Source of the DNA: Campylobacteraceae bacterium
GTDB taxonomy: Bacteria; Campylobacterota; Campylobacteria; Campylobacterales; Sulfurovaceae
Direction of reading: 5' to 3'
NCBI GenBank assembly: GCA_026982175.1
Contig: JALSHP010000357.1
Location: forward strand, 1 to 43,146
Length of the DNA stretch: 43,146 nt
Made by a program: the position numbers and the translations under genes. The notes below the pieces were generated by a model. That model searched no databases, had not been told where the DNA came from, and saw only the letters and a list, made by a program, of their open reading frames with translations. Within the stretch, counting starts at the first letter, position 1; every line of letters begins with the position of its first letter. Of the stretch, positions 26,886 to 37,732 are shown piece after piece.

Positions 26886-28550
26886 CTACTTTCGTTTAAA
26901 ATCGCCAAAAGCATCACCTAAAGTCATGCTGTCATCTTGCTCAGAATTAAGTTTGTCAAGTGCTTCACGCTCTTCTTGACGTTCAAGTCTTCTTACAGAA
27001 ATTCTAATTCTATCAGATTTAGCATCAATGAAAGAGATTACTGCTCTAATCTCTTGACCTTTTTCAACCTCTTCTTCTTTAAGAGGGTGTAAATCATCAA
27101 GTCTTAGTAAGGCATCAACCCCTGGTTCAATAGAGACAAAAATACCAAAGTCTTTTTTATCTTTTACTGTACCTGTAACAATGTCACCAAGTTTATGCTC
27201 TTTAGCAAAAGCAGCTACTGGAGACTCTTGCATTGCTCGAACACTAAGAGAAACTTTACCTTGGTCTCTGTCAATTTTAATAATTTTAACTTCAACTTCA
27301 TCACCAGATTTATACACCTCTTTAGCAGGTTCTGATTTTTCCCAAGATAACTCTTGATTATGAAGAAGACCTTCAACTGCACCAATTTTAAGGAATGCTC
27401 CAAAATCAGTTACTGATGAAACTGTACCTGTAATGATGTCACCGACTCTGTTAGCTGAAGCAAATTGGTCAATTGGTTTAGGCAATAAAGTTTTTCTTGA
27501 AACTCTAAGTCTTCTTTGTTGTTTATCAATTTCAATAATTTGAACATCAATCACTTGGTCAATCTCAATGTGATCTTTTGGATGTTTAACATTTTTTTCC
27601 CAAGAGAGTTCAGATACGTGTAAGAATGCTTCTAAATCTTCACCTAAATCAACAAATGCACCATAAGGCTCAATGTTTGAAACAGTTACAGATACAGTAT
27701 CACCTGCTCTTAGCGTATTGTCAATATCTTTCCATGGGTCAAGGTTTGCTTCCTTAATAGAAAGAGAGAGGTGTCGTTTCTTTTTATCATACTCAATGGC
27801 AATAACATTAACTTCATCACCCTCTTTGTAGTATTTAGAAGGGTTAACTGGTCCTTTGTGAGAAATTTGAGAGTAGTGAACCAAACCGTCCATACCACCA
27901 ACATCAACAAACATACCATAAGAAGTAATCTTTTTAATGGTACCAACAACAACTGCTTTGTTTTCTAGTAATCTGTCTACAATCTCTTGTGTCTCAGCTT
28001 TTTCACGTTCAATAAGTGCTTTTCTTGAAACAACCACAGAGTTTTTCTCTTTGTCAACTTTAACAATAAGTGCTTTTACTTGTTTTCCAATTGGGTCAAC
28101 TTTGTAAGAGATGTAAGAGAGTGTTCTTGGCATAAAGAACTCTAAACCAGAGACATCTACAACAAATCCACCTTTATTCTTTTTAGTAATTGTACCTTCG
28201 ACAACATACTCTTGTTCTTCATCATACTCTTCAATAAACTCAGCTAAAGCGGCTCTTTGCTCTGCTAATTCATAAGAAACACTTGGTCTTTCACCTCTTT
28301 GTCCTGTGATAACCACTTGAATGGTTTCACCCTCTTTAAAGAAAAGTTCACCATCTTCATCTCTAATTTGATCCAATGACATAAGTGCTTCATTTTTACG
28401 ACCAATATCAATAACTACTTGATTGTCTTCCTCAATTATCTTAACGATAGTACCATCTACTAAATCACTTTTACTGTCTGTTTTTTTGAACGACTCCTCG
28501 AGCATCGCTCCAAAATCTACGTCTTCTATTTCGATATCTTCGAATTTCAT
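26886..28550 (-). CDS. rpsA: 30S ribosomal protein S1
   Basis: Multiple S1 repeats (YGMFVDVGGMDGLVH, YGAFVDLG, FGAF, FGIFV). The ATG at 28550 is better spaced from AAGGA than the TTG at 28559. Confidence 0.96.
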   Translation of the reverse strand: MKFEDIEIEDVDFGAMLEESFKKTDSKSDLVDGTIVKIIEEDNQVVIDIGRKNEALMSLDQIRDEDGELFFKEGETIQVVITGQRGERPSVSYELAEQRAALAEFIEEYDEEQEYVVEGTITKKNKGGFVVDVSGLEFFMPRTLSYISYKVDPIGKQVKALIVKVDKEKNSVVVSRKALIEREKAETQEIVDRLLENKAVVVGTIKKITSYGMFVDVGGMDGLVHYSQISHKGPVNPSKYYKEGDEVNVIAIEYDKKKRHLSLSIKEANLDPWKDIDNTLRAGDTVSVTVSNIEPYGAFVDLGEDLEAFLHVSELSWEKNVKHPKDHIEIDQVIDVQIIEIDKQQRRLRVSRKTLLPKPIDQFASANRVGDIITGTVSSVTDFGAFLKIGAVEGLLHNQELSWEKSEPAKEVYKSGDEVEVKIIKIDRDQGKVSLSVRAMQESPVAAFAKEHKLGDIVTGTVKDKKDFGIFVSIEPGVDALLRLDDLHPLKEEEVEKGQEIRAVISFIDAKSDRIRISVRRLERQEEREALDKLNSEQDDSMTLGDAFGDFKRK

Positions 28551-28662
28551 GTTTGCCAATCCTTGCTTGTGCCTAAATTTTCGCTATTATACTCTTTTTT
28601 ATTTAATGCTATATGAAAGTGTGAAAATATGGTGCTTAGCTAGTTTAAGTTTTTAAAATTAA

Positions 28663-28690
28663 CACTATTAATTAGGAAATATTAATAGTG
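28663..28690 (-). terminator. Hairpin downstream of ispH (possible weak terminator)
   Basis: CACTATTAAT / ATTAATAGTG 10-bp stem. Confidence 0.45.
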
Positions 28691-28699
28691 CTTTGGATA

Positions 28700-29533
28700 T
28701 TAAGCAATCTCTTTTATTTTGTTAATGACATTTTGTACAATCCAGTCAGGAGTAGAGGCACCTGCTGAAACACCACAAAGGTTTTTGTCATTAAACCAAG
28801 TAGGGTCTAGTTCTGATTCGTTCTCAATTAAGTAGCTATCGGGACAATCTTTTTCTGAAATACTGTGTAACATTTTAGTATTAGAAGAGTGTTTACCACC
28901 AATAACAATCATCACATCTGCTTTTTTAGCCAATTCAGCAGCTGCATCTTGATTTTCAAAGGTTGCATTACAGATGGTATTAAAAACACGAACTTCTCGA
29001 TGGGTTTGTATAAGTGCCGAGACAATTTTGGCAAAATCTTCAGGTTTTTTAGTTGTTTGAGAGACCACAGCCACTTTGCTCTTTAAAGGTAATTTAGTCA
29101 ACTCTTTAGGCTCAAGTACAATAAAAGCATCCTCTGCTTTATTGGCATAAGAGACTACCCCTTTAATTTCAGGATGTGCTTTATCTCCAAATATCACGAT
29201 GGAGTAGCCCTCATTACTCATCTTTTCGACAATATTTTGTGGGGTTGTTACATAAGGACAGGTTGCATCAATGATTTTATTTTTTTGCTTTTTAAGAAGT
29301 GCTAACTCACCTTTAGGAATACCATGGGTACGAATCACCACCGCATTGTCATTTTTAATATCGTTAATATTCTCAACGAGTCCAATATTAAACCCCTCTT
29401 TAAGACGATTTATCTCATCTTTATTGTGAATGAGTGGACCATAGGTAAAAGAGTTTTTATGCTCTTCTGCAATCTCAATGGCACGTTTGACACCATAACA
29501 AAATCCATAACTCGATGCAAGTTCTATTTTCAT
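28700..29533 (-). CDS. ispH: 4-hydroxy-3-methylbut-2-enyl diphosphate reductase
   Basis: GFCYGVKRA, IRTHG, DATCPYV, HPEIKG, SQTT, TICNAT, SSNT, SAGASTP. Second ATG fits the GAGG spacing. Confidence 0.97.
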   Translation of the reverse strand: MKIELASSYGFCYGVKRAIEIAEEHKNSFTYGPLIHNKDEINRLKEGFNIGLVENINDIKNDNAVVIRTHGIPKGELALLKKQKNKIIDATCPYVTTPQNIVEKMSNEGYSIVIFGDKAHPEIKGVVSYANKAEDAFIVLEPKELTKLPLKSKVAVVSQTTKKPEDFAKIVSALIQTHREVRVFNTICNATFENQDAAAELAKKADVMIVIGGKHSSNTKMLHSISEKDCPDSYLIENESELDPTWFNDKNLCGVSAGASTPDWIVQNVINKIKEIA

Positions 29534-29545
29534 AATCATAACCTC

Positions 29546-30832
29546 TTAATTTATATTGGCAATTTGAGTGAGTATATCGAAAAAATTTGGAAATGAAGTT
29601 TCAATACAAGCTGTATCTTCAATATTCATTTTAGCTATCAATCCAGCAATGGCAAAACTCATCGCAATTCGGTGGTCTCCATGACTATTAATAGTAGCAG
29701 GTTTTATTTCTCCTCCAATAATCTCATATCCATCTTCATGCTCTAGATTTTGTATGGCACAACTATTTAAACCTGTTAGTACGGTTGAAATACGGTCACT
29801 CTCTTTGACTCTAAGTTCTTTGGCATTTTTAACCACACTTGTTCCCTTAGCTGTTGCCATAGCAATAGAGAGGGCAGGGAGTTCATCAATCAGCCATGCA
29901 ATATTTTTTTCTACAGTGATAGCATTAAGTTGACCATTATAATTAATCTCTATATCTCCGATAGGCTCATAGATATTTTCTTTTTCGATATAGCTGATTT
30001 TTGCACCCATCTTCTCTAATGCTTTATATGCTTCTATACGGGTAGGGTTTAAAGTGACATTTTTAATTGTAGTGGTGGCATTGGGCGTAATGGCAGCGGC
30101 TACAGCAAAAAAGAAACCACTTGATGGGTCAGCAGGGACAGTAATGTTAAGTGGATTTAATGGTTTTTCTAAAGGTTCAATTTTAATCCAACCATCTTCT
30201 TGAAGCGTAACAGAAGCACCCATACCTGAAAGCATTCGCTCTGTATGGTCACGTGAGAGAAGGGACTCTTTATAGTAAGAGGGACTATCGGCTTGAAGTG
30301 CTGCTAAGATAAGTGCAGATTTCACTTGGGCAGAGTCAATTGGAGATTCATATTTAAAAGAGCTTAAATTACCCCCACGAATGGCTAAAGGGGCTAAGTT
30401 TCCCTCTTCTCTACCATCAATTTTTGCACCTATACTTCGCAAAGGAATTGCCACACGGTTCATGGGACGGGAACGTAAATATTTGTCACCTGTTAAGATA
30501 AATGAACCCTCAATTCCTGAAAGGAGACCAGCATAGAGTCTCATTCCTGTTCCAGCATTACCACAATCTAAGATGTTTGAGGGTTCAGATAGCTTAGTAG
30601 GAGGGGTAATCTCTATATTCGCCCCCTCTCTTTTTACTTTCGCTCCTAGCTGTTGGGCAATGGAGAGTGAAGCCAAAGTGTCTTCTCCTAAAAGAAAATT
30701 TTTAATGCTTGAGGGTTTGTTCGAGAGCAAAGAGAACATCGCACAACGATGAGAGATGGACTTATCAGCAGCAATCTCTGCACACTCTAAGGTAAATGAT
30801 TCCGTTTTAGGAGAGACTATGACATTTTTCAT
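29546..30832 (-). CDS. aroA: 3-phosphoshikimate 1-carboxyvinyltransferase
   Basis: [47 protein letters not shown]. Confidence 0.97.
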   Translation of the reverse strand: MKNVIVSPKTESFTLECAEIAADKSISHRCAMFSLLSNKPSSIKNFLLGEDTLASLSIAQQLGAKVKREGANIEITPPTKLSEPSNILDCGNAGTGMRLYAGLLSGIEGSFILTGDKYLRSRPMNRVAIPLRSIGAKIDGREEGNLAPLAIRGGNLSSFKYESPIDSAQVKSALILAALQADSPSYYKESLLSRDHTERMLSGMGASVTLQEDGWIKIEPLEKPLNPLNITVPADPSSGFFFAVAAAITPNATTTIKNVTLNPTRIEAYKALEKMGAKISYIEKENIYEPIGDIEINYNGQLNAITVEKNIAWLIDELPALSIAMATAKGTSVVKNAKELRVKESDRISTVLTGLNSCAIQNLEHEDGYEIIGGEIKPATINSHGDHRIAMSFAIAGLIAKMNIEDTACIETSFPNFFDILTQIANIN

Positions 30833-33165
30833 CGAAGGGCTGCTCCATGGTCACTTTCGATTTTGCTTATAATGCGCTTGATGGTCTCTTCAATGGCTTC
30901 ATCACTTAGTGTCTCTTCTTCTGATTGGATAAAAAAGCGTAAGGATAAACTTTTTTCTTCTCCTAGTGCTTCATCTTGATAGACATCAACAGGATAATAC
31001 TTTTTAAGTAGCGGTAAATTTAAAGTTTTTATTGATAATGCTACTTGCGTATAGTGAATATCTTTATTGATAACAAAACTTAAATCTTTATAGACCCCTT
31101 GAAATTTGGAAATAGCATGAGCATTAATATGTTTAGGAACTAAGGCATTGAAATCTATTTCAGCTACAAAAGTCTCTTTTAAATCAAAGTCATCACAAAC
31201 GCTAGGATGAACTTTGGTTAAATAACCACATATTTTATTATCTATAATAATATCAGCTGATTGATAAGGATGGATGAGTCCATTTGTTTCATTCGATTTT
31301 TTAAGTTCAAAGTTTCCAACAATAGAGCTGATTTTTTTAAGAAAAAGTTCAAAATTAATAGAAGAAGGCTTTCCTGCATTCGAAACATTTTCAGACTCTG
31401 ATTGCCCTGCATAAATTAAACTTAATACCTCTTTCTCTTCACGATACTCATTGAAAATTGTACCAATCTCAAAAAGTGCTGTTGACTTTTTAGAGTAGCT
31501 AACATTACGTTTGGCTGCTTGTAAAAGGTTAATAAGCGTGGTAGTTCTAAGGGTATTTAAATCCGTAGTAATAGGGTTAATAATGTCTAGTTTTTCATTA
31601 ATAATACTAAAATCATAAGCTTTCAAAAGTTTTTTGTCGGCAAAGGCAAAAGAGATACTCTCATCAAATCCAGCTGAGACGGCACGTGAACGTAATGCTT
31701 TTTTAGCATGATACTTCTGCATACTTTTATTAATTCGATTTTTCTCAACAAATTTTAAAGCTTTGGCTTCAATATTGTCAATACCAATAATACGCACTAT
31801 CTCTTCGGTAATATCTTGAATATTTTCAATGTCATGTCGATAGGGAGGAATAGTGATGCCAAAACTATCTTCTATTGAAGTCTGTACGCCAAAGTTTAAT
31901 GCTTTTAAAATATTGATAATTTCCATTTTAGGAATTTTATTACCAATGATTTCACAAATCTCTTCGGCTGAGACAGTAGTAATAGTAGGTTCAAGCTCCT
32001 CTTTTACAGAAAGTGTACCTTCAAAAAGTTTTGAATTATAATAAGTTTCAAATAGATACGTTAAATAGGTGATTCCAAAAGATAAATTAGGCTCTGATCC
32101 ACGAGAAGTATTATAGTAAAGCTCATCTGTTTGTATTTTCTGTTCAGAGACCACATCCACAATATGTTTGGGGTTGACATAAGAGGCCTGAAAAAGTACT
32201 TGTGTCGATTTACCTGTTGTTTTAGAAGCCTCTTCTTGATGAATTCCTAAGTAGGCAGCTTTTTTATCATTGAGTGAAATGTGAATAACATCATTTACAT
32301 TTTGGGCAGTTATAATAAGTTTTTCATCATTTTCAAAATCAAGATGGCTTACGTCATAGGCACGTAAAATAACTCCTGTGGTATGGATAATATATTGTAA
32401 AAAGTTATCTATGGGGGTAGTACTTAATTTGTCAATAAACCCTAAACGTAATAAAAACAGTAAAGAGGTGTCTAGATTGTTAACATTTGCCATAGCAAAT
32501 TCTAAAGAAGCATTAATCTCCCCTTTACTTGTTAATTTAGCGACTCTTGCCAAACCAATTTTCTCTTGGTTTTGGCTCTCATACTCAAAGCTTTTCATGG
32601 GAATATTTAAAGCGGCTGATAAATCTCGTGCCACCCCATGCACAGAGAGACAATCTCCACGGTTAGCTGTTAATTCAATTTCAATGACGGTATCAGCTAT
32701 TTTTTTGTACTCATTTAGCTCTTTCCCTACAACAAGCTCACCAATGGTCTCATCTAAAACCATGATACCATCACCAAGATTAGGCAGTCCTAGTTCAGAA
32801 GCAGAACAGACCATCCCTTCTGATTCTACGCCACGAAGTTTTGCATGTTTAATCTCAAAATCTTCACCCAGTTTTGCACCAATACACGCAACAGCAACAT
32901 ATTCTGCGTCAACTACATTGGCAGCTCCACAAACAATTTGACGTTGCATCCCTGCACCCACTTCAATTTGACAAACATTGAGCTTGTCAGCATCGGGATG
33001 CTTTTCACAAGAGAGTATTTTCCCCACAACAATTTTTTGAGGAATAGTATAGGTTTTAATGTTATCAACTTCTAAGCCAATGGCATTAAGTGTTTTAAAA
33101 AGGGTTTCATCTGATACTTCTGAAATATCTAAAAAATTTTCTAACCAAGTTCGTGTAATTATCAT
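30829..33165 (-). CDS. pheT: Phenylalanine-tRNA ligase beta subunit
   Basis: [43 protein letters not shown]-terminal anticodon-binding domain. Confidence 0.96.
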   Translation of the reverse strand: MIITRTWLENFLDISEVSDETLFKTLNAIGLEVDNIKTYTIPQKIVVGKILSCEKHPDADKLNVCQIEVGAGMQRQIVCGAANVVDAEYVAVACIGAKLGEDFEIKHAKLRGVESEGMVCSASELGLPNLGDGIMVLDETIGELVVGKELNEYKKIADTVIEIELTANRGDCLSVHGVARDLSAALNIPMKSFEYESQNQEKIGLARVAKLTSKGEINASLEFAMANVNNLDTSLLFLLRLGFIDKLSTTPIDNFLQYIIHTTGVILRAYDVSHLDFENDEKLIITAQNVNDVIHISLNDKKAAYLGIHQEEASKTTGKSTQVLFQASYVNPKHIVDVVSEQKIQTDELYYNTSRGSEPNLSFGITYLTYLFETYYNSKLFEGTLSVKEELEPTITTVSAEEICEIIGNKIPKMEIINILKALNFGVQTSIEDSFGITIPPYRHDIENIQDITEEIVRIIGIDNIEAKALKFVEKNRINKSMQKYHAKKALRSRAVSAGFDESISFAFADKKLLKAYDFSIINEKLDIINPITTDLNTLRTTTLINLLQAAKRNVSYSKKSTALFEIGTIFNEYREEKEVLSLIYAGQSESENVSNAGKPSSINFELFLKKISSIVGNFELKKSNETNGLIHPYQSADIIIDNKICGYLTKVHPSVCDDFDLKETFVAEIDFNALVPKHINAHAISKFQGVYKDLSFVINKDIHYTQVALSIKTLNLPLLKKYYPVDVYQDEALGEEKSLSLRFFIQSEEETLSDEAIEETIKRIISKIESDHGAALR

Positions 33166-34154
33166 CTAAATTGCTCCAATAAACGGGTGTCACCCTCAAA
33201 TAGCATTCTTAAGTCTGGCACTTTGTGTAAGAGCATTGCAAAACGTTCAACGCCTAAACCAAAGGCATAACCAGAGACATCTTTGTATTCAACTGCATCA
33301 AACACATTGGAATCTACAATTCCACAACCAAGCACTTCTAGCCAACCTGTATGGGAACAGACTCTACATCCTTTTCCTTCACAGAAGATACAAGAGATGT
33401 CCACTTCACTAGATGGTTCGGTAAACGGGAAAAAGCTTGGTCTAAAACGTACTTCAACATCCCCAAACATATAGTGTAAAAAGTCAGACATAATTGCTTT
33501 TAGATTGGCAAAGCTAATCTCACCTTTAGCATCGACCACTAAGCCCTCTACTTGATGAAACATTGGCGTATGGGTAATGTCGTAATCTTTTCTAAACACA
33601 GCACCAGGGGCAATCATGCGAATAGGTGGTTTTTGGCTTAACATCGTTCGTATCTGCACAGGTGAGGTATGAGTTCGTAAAACAGCCCCATCTTTAAAGA
33701 AAAAGGTATCTTGCATATCACGAGCAGGGTGGTTTTTAGGCAGGTTCAGTGCTTCAAAATTGTGAAAGTCATCTTCAACTTTTGGTCCATCTTCAATGGC
33801 AAAATTTAATGCCACAAAATAGTCAATAATCTTCTCCATCGTTGACATGACAGGATGGTAAGCTCCCTTCTCATCAAGATTACCATAGAGAGAGACATCA
33901 ATGGCTTCAGCTTTTAAAAGCTTCTCTATCTCCTCTTTTTTAAGCATTTCATAGCGTTCATCAAAAGCAGTTTGAAGTGATGCTTTCTTTGTATTTAGAC
34001 CCTCTGCAAAAGCCTTTTTTTCGGGTCCAGGTACATCTTTGAGCTTTGCAAACTCTTTAGAGAGTGTCCCTTTTTTCCCAAAAAGGTCAATCCGAACTTT
34101 TTCAAGTTCCGTTAGTGAGTTGGCATCGTTAATTTGTTGTTTTAATGTTTCCAA
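33162..34154 (-). CDS. pheS: Phenylalanine-tRNA ligase alpha subunit
   Basis: [53 protein letters not shown]; TTG start after GAGG. Confidence 0.98.
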   Translation of the reverse strand: METLKQQINDANSLTELEKVRIDLFGKKGTLSKEFAKLKDVPGPEKKAFAEGLNTKKASLQTAFDERYEMLKKEEIEKLLKAEAIDVSLYGNLDEKGAYHPVMSTMEKIIDYFVALNFAIEDGPKVEDDFHNFEALNLPKNHPARDMQDTFFFKDGAVLRTHTSPVQIRTMLSQKPPIRMIAPGAVFRKDYDITHTPMFHQVEGLVVDAKGEISFANLKAIMSDFLHYMFGDVEVRFRPSFFPFTEPSSEVDISCIFCEGKGCRVCSHTGWLEVLGCGIVDSNVFDAVEYKDVSGYAFGLGVERFAMLLHKVPDLRMLFEGDTRLLEQFR

Positions 34155-34270
34155 AATAACCTCTATCCCATTATTTTATTTTATGAAATGTTATCTAAAC
34201 TATGCTAATAGTGGGATTTAATGTGTTATAATTTTTTAAAATAAATAGATTAACACATAAAGGATTTATC

Positions 34271-34624
34271 ATGTGCATTTTTTGTAAAATAGTCAATAAC
34301 GAGATACCAAGTAACAAAGTTTTAGAAAATGATGATTTTTTAGCATTTCATGATATGTACCCCAAAGCCCCAATGCATATTTTGATTATTCCTAAAAATC
34401 ATGTCGATTGTTTCCACGATGTACAACCTGAAACCATGGCTGGAATGACCTCATTTATTCAAGAAGTTGCTACTTTAGTGGGTATAGATAAATCTGGGTA
34501 CAGGCTTATCACTAACAATGGAGAAGATGGTGGACAAGAGGTTAAACATCTACATTTTCATCTGTTAGGTGGGGCAAAATTGCCGTTTAAACACTTAACC
34601 GATGAGACACAGAAAAATTTGTAG
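34271..34624 (+). CDS. hinT: HIT (histidine triad) nucleotide-binding protein
   Basis: CIFCKI, HILIIPK, GQEVKHLHFHLLGG. Confidence 0.93.
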   Translation: MCIFCKIVNNEIPSNKVLENDDFLAFHDMYPKAPMHILIIPKNHVDCFHDVQPETMAGMTSFIQEVATLVGIDKSGYRLITNNGEDGGQEVKHLHFHLLGGAKLPFKHLTDETQKNL

Positions 34625-34690
34625 GGTGCAATTTATTGCACCAAGTTTTTGTAAAAAATTATTATGTGGTGCAATGAATTGCACCCTACA
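34620..34690. repeat. GTAG-type REP doublet (REPIN-like), family A
   Basis: TGTAGGGTGCAATTTATTGCACCA (34620-34643) and its inverted copy TGGTGCAATGAATTGCACCCTACA (34667-34690), 23/24 match; each arm is GTAG plus a GGTGCAAT/ATTGCACC hairpin. Confidence 0.85.
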
Positions 34691-34699
34691 AGGAAATAA

Positions 34700-35884
34700 A
34701 TGACATTAGAACAACTAGACAAACAGTACGGCTTACAAACCTACAACCGAGACTACACCAATTTTGTAAAAGGTGAAGGCTCAACGCTTTTTACTGAAAA
34801 TGGAGATGAGTACATCGACTTTGCTTCAGGCATAGCTGTAAACTCTGTAGGACATAATAACCCTATTTTAGTCAAAGCATTGCAAGAGCAAGTCGCCAAA
34901 ATAATTCACATCTCAAACCTGCAAGTGATTGAACCACAAGCCAAACTGGCTGAACAAATTTGTACTCTAGCAGATTATGATGGAGCAATATTTTTTGCCA
35001 ATTCTGGAGCAGAAGCGAATGAGGGGGCGATTAAGATTGCTCGTAAGTATGGAGAGACCAAGTTCGATAAAAAGCGTTACAAAGTCATCACGCTAGAACA
35101 CTCTTTTCATGGGCGTACCATTACCACAGTTAAAGCAACAGGGCAAGAGCATTTTCATACGCCAAACTTCTCGCCATATCCTGCTGGGTTCTCTTATGTG
35201 AATGGTTTAGAGGCTATCTACAAAGAGATAGATGATGAAACAGTCGCCGTGCTTATTGAACTTGTCCAAGGTGAGGGTGGGGTACAACCTTTTCAAAAAG
35301 AGGCGATTCAAAAGCTAGAAAAGCATCTGAAAGAACAAGATATTTTACTCATTGTTGATGAGGTACAAACAGGAATTTACCGAACAGGTAAGATGTTGGC
35401 TTCAAATATGTATGAGATAAGCCCAGACATCATCACTCTTGCCAAAGGGCTTGGTGGAGGTGTTCCCATTGGAGCTGTGATGACAAAACACAAAGATGTT
35501 TTAAGTGCAGGTGACCACGGTTCAACCTTTGGGGGGAACTACTTAAGTACAAGAGCAGGTTTAGCTGTTTTAGAAGTTTTAAGCGACATGGATAAAAGTG
35601 GAAAACTAACAGAAACTTTGGCATACTTTACTGTTAAGCTTAAAGAGATGGCAACAAAATATTCAAATCTATTTACAGAGGAAGTAGGCTTAGGGCTCAT
35701 GCGTGGACTTCGTGCTAAAGACAATGAAACCATGAAAAGTGTTCTTGCTTCTTGTATGAAAAACAGATTAATTGTACTCCCCGCAGGAAGAAACACCGTG
35801 CGTTTTCTACCTGCGTTAACCATTACAGCTGATGAGATAGACGAAGGATTTAAACGTTTTGAAAAAGCTATTTCTTCTCTCTAG
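34700..35884 (+). CDS. argD: Acetylornithine aminotransferase
   Basis: NSGAEANE, SFHGRT, VQGEGG, DEVQTG, AKGLGGG, HGSTFGGN. Confidence 0.93.
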   Translation: MTLEQLDKQYGLQTYNRDYTNFVKGEGSTLFTENGDEYIDFASGIAVNSVGHNNPILVKALQEQVAKIIHISNLQVIEPQAKLAEQICTLADYDGAIFFANSGAEANEGAIKIARKYGETKFDKKRYKVITLEHSFHGRTITTVKATGQEHFHTPNFSPYPAGFSYVNGLEAIYKEIDDETVAVLIELVQGEGGVQPFQKEAIQKLEKHLKEQDILLIVDEVQTGIYRTGKMLASNMYEISPDIITLAKGLGGGVPIGAVMTKHKDVLSAGDHGSTFGGNYLSTRAGLAVLEVLSDMDKSGKLTETLAYFTVKLKEMATKYSNLFTEEVGLGLMRGLRAKDNETMKSVLASCMKNRLIVLPAGRNTVRFLPALTITADEIDEGFKRFEKAISSL

Positions 35885-37058
35885 TATTTTCATCTCAGTG
35901 TTGATGGCAGAGAGTGAACTTAGTGACATTCTCTCACAAGATAAAAGTGCGTTGTTAAAGTATCAAAATGAACAAAATTCGGTGCAGTCTCATCAGTTGG
36001 AAAACTCATGGATAAACCCTGTGATGTTGCAGTACTCTAAGAACTACTCTACCCAATTTGGTAGTACCATTGACACCCAACAGTTCATTGTCTCTGTTGA
36101 CCAACCCATTTTTAAAATGGGGGGAATTTGGGCAGCGATTAAATACGCTAAAGCCCAAGGTAAAGCTAATGCTTTAGATATAGAGCTTCAAAAACGTCAG
36201 CTCATTTCACAAGCGTTAACTATTTTGTATAATCTTAAAAAAGCAAAGCTTCAGTTAGCCAAACTCGATTTAACCATTCAAAATGACGACTTAGACATTC
36301 AGATACAAAAAGAGTCTTATGAAGAGGGATTAACTAACCGAACACTTTATGACCAAGCTTTACTAAAACGCAATCAAGACACAACCTCTAAGTTAGAGAT
36401 AGAACTCAATATTGCCAAACTAGAAAATGATTTTTCTCTCTTAAGTGATCATAATCCTTACGCTTTAACTCTCCCAAATTTTGGCATGATAGCCCAAGAG
36501 CGTTACATGAATGAACAGCTAGAGCTTCAACGTGATGCCTTTAGAGTGGAAGAGAAAAAAGAGAACAAATACATGACGCTTACTAAATATCTGCCTGAAA
36601 TCTCCATTAACGGACGCTACACCGATGAAGACTTAAACCCACTTTTTGCCGCCCCAGGGTCGAGCATAAAAGAGCAATATTTTAACTATGGGTTCAAAGT
36701 AACTTTGCCCATTAGCATTAACAGTTTCGATGATGTTCAAACTGCTAAGATAGACTACTTAAATGCCCAAGTGACTTTAAATGAAAAGAAAAAAACCGTT
36801 GCCAACAACTTCACATTGGCTCAAAAACGTTTGGCAATTATTGACAAAAAAATCGCTCTTTCCAAAGATGACATGAGCCATTACGAAAGTATGTTAGGAA
36901 CAGCCCAAGATTTAGAGGCATTGGGTGACAGAACCGCACTGGACACGAAAATAGTCGGCAACAATGTCAAAGTAAGAGCATTAGACCAAGAGATATATAA
37001 GCTAGATGCCCAACTAGAGCTTATGGGGCTTTATGTGAATGTTTCGGATGCGATGTAG
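35859..37058 (+). CDS. TolC-family outer membrane protein (no adjacent pump genes)
   Basis: Signal peptide, QPIFKMGG, YLPEISI, GFKVTLPI, coiled-coil repeats. Confidence 0.75.
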   Translation: MKKLFLLSSIFISVLMAESELSDILSQDKSALLKYQNEQNSVQSHQLENSWINPVMLQYSKNYSTQFGSTIDTQQFIVSVDQPIFKMGGIWAAIKYAKAQGKANALDIELQKRQLISQALTILYNLKKAKLQLAKLDLTIQNDDLDIQIQKESYEEGLTNRTLYDQALLKRNQDTTSKLEIELNIAKLENDFSLLSDHNPYALTLPNFGMIAQERYMNEQLELQRDAFRVEEKKENKYMTLTKYLPEISINGRYTDEDLNPLFAAPGSSIKEQYFNYGFKVTLPISINSFDDVQTAKIDYLNAQVTLNEKKKTVANNFTLAQKRLAIIDKKIALSKDDMSHYESMLGTAQDLEALGDRTALDTKIVGNNVKVRALDQEIYKLDAQLELMGLYVNVSDAM

Positions 37059-37108
37059 ATTAATCGCATCTATGTTATAATCATATTAATTACGCATAAA
37101 GGATACGC

Positions 37109-37354
37109 ATGAATTTAGCCTATAATCATCAAGCTCCCAAAAAAGCAACCAATTTGTCCATAAACTCTGACCTTTTAAAAAAAGCAAAAGCTTATAAGAT
37201 TAATCTTTCAAAAAGTTTTGAAACTCATCTTAATGAGTTGGTTAAACAAAAAGCTGAAGAGGCATGGAGAGAAGAGAATCATCAAGCCATAGAGGCATTT
37301 AATAAACGTGTGGAGAGACAAGGGGTTTTTTCTGATGGATTACGGAGTTTTTAA
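37109..37354 (+). CDS. ccdA: CcdA-family antitoxin
   Basis: KKATNLSINSDLL...INLS...WREENHQAIEAFN...GVFSDGLRSF. Confidence 0.92.
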   Translation: MNLAYNHQAPKKATNLSINSDLLKKAKAYKINLSKSFETHLNELVKQKAEEAWREENHQAIEAFNKRVERQGVFSDGLRSF

Positions 37355-37659
37355 TGGCTCAATTTGATGTGTATCTCAATGCTAATGAAGCGACAAGAGA
37401 GCTTTTTCCTTATCTTTTAGAAGTGCAACATGGCTTACTTTCATCTTTAAAGACAAGAGTTGTTGTTCCCTTAGGTGTAGGAATTGAACCAATTAGACAT
37501 TTAAATCCTATGCTCATAATAGAGGGAAGAAACGTTGTCATGTCAACAGCTGACATGGCAGGTGTACCATTAGAGATTTTAGGTGAAAAAATTGTAAATT
37601 TAGAAGAGAGTCGCCATGAAATTATTGATGCTTTAGATTTTTTGGTGAATGGGTTTTAA
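37354..37659 (+). CDS. ccdB: CcdB-family toxin
   Basis: MAQFDVYLN, PYLLEVQ, TRVVVPL, LNP, IIDALDFLVNGF; coupled to ccdA via TAATG. Confidence 0.92.
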   Translation: MAQFDVYLNANEATRELFPYLLEVQHGLLSSLKTRVVVPLGVGIEPIRHLNPMLIIEGRNVVMSTADMAGVPLEILGEKIVNLEESRHEIIDALDFLVNGF

Positions 37660-37732
37660 AAAGAAAAATTTCTATATGGCTTTGCAGAGGTTTCGCCCAA
37701 AGGTTTAAAAGAGAGAAAAGGTAGGAAAGTAG

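Noticed and set aside
28700-30832. Absence of cmk between aroA and ispH/rpsA
   Set aside because: This arrangement is usual for Campylobacterota.
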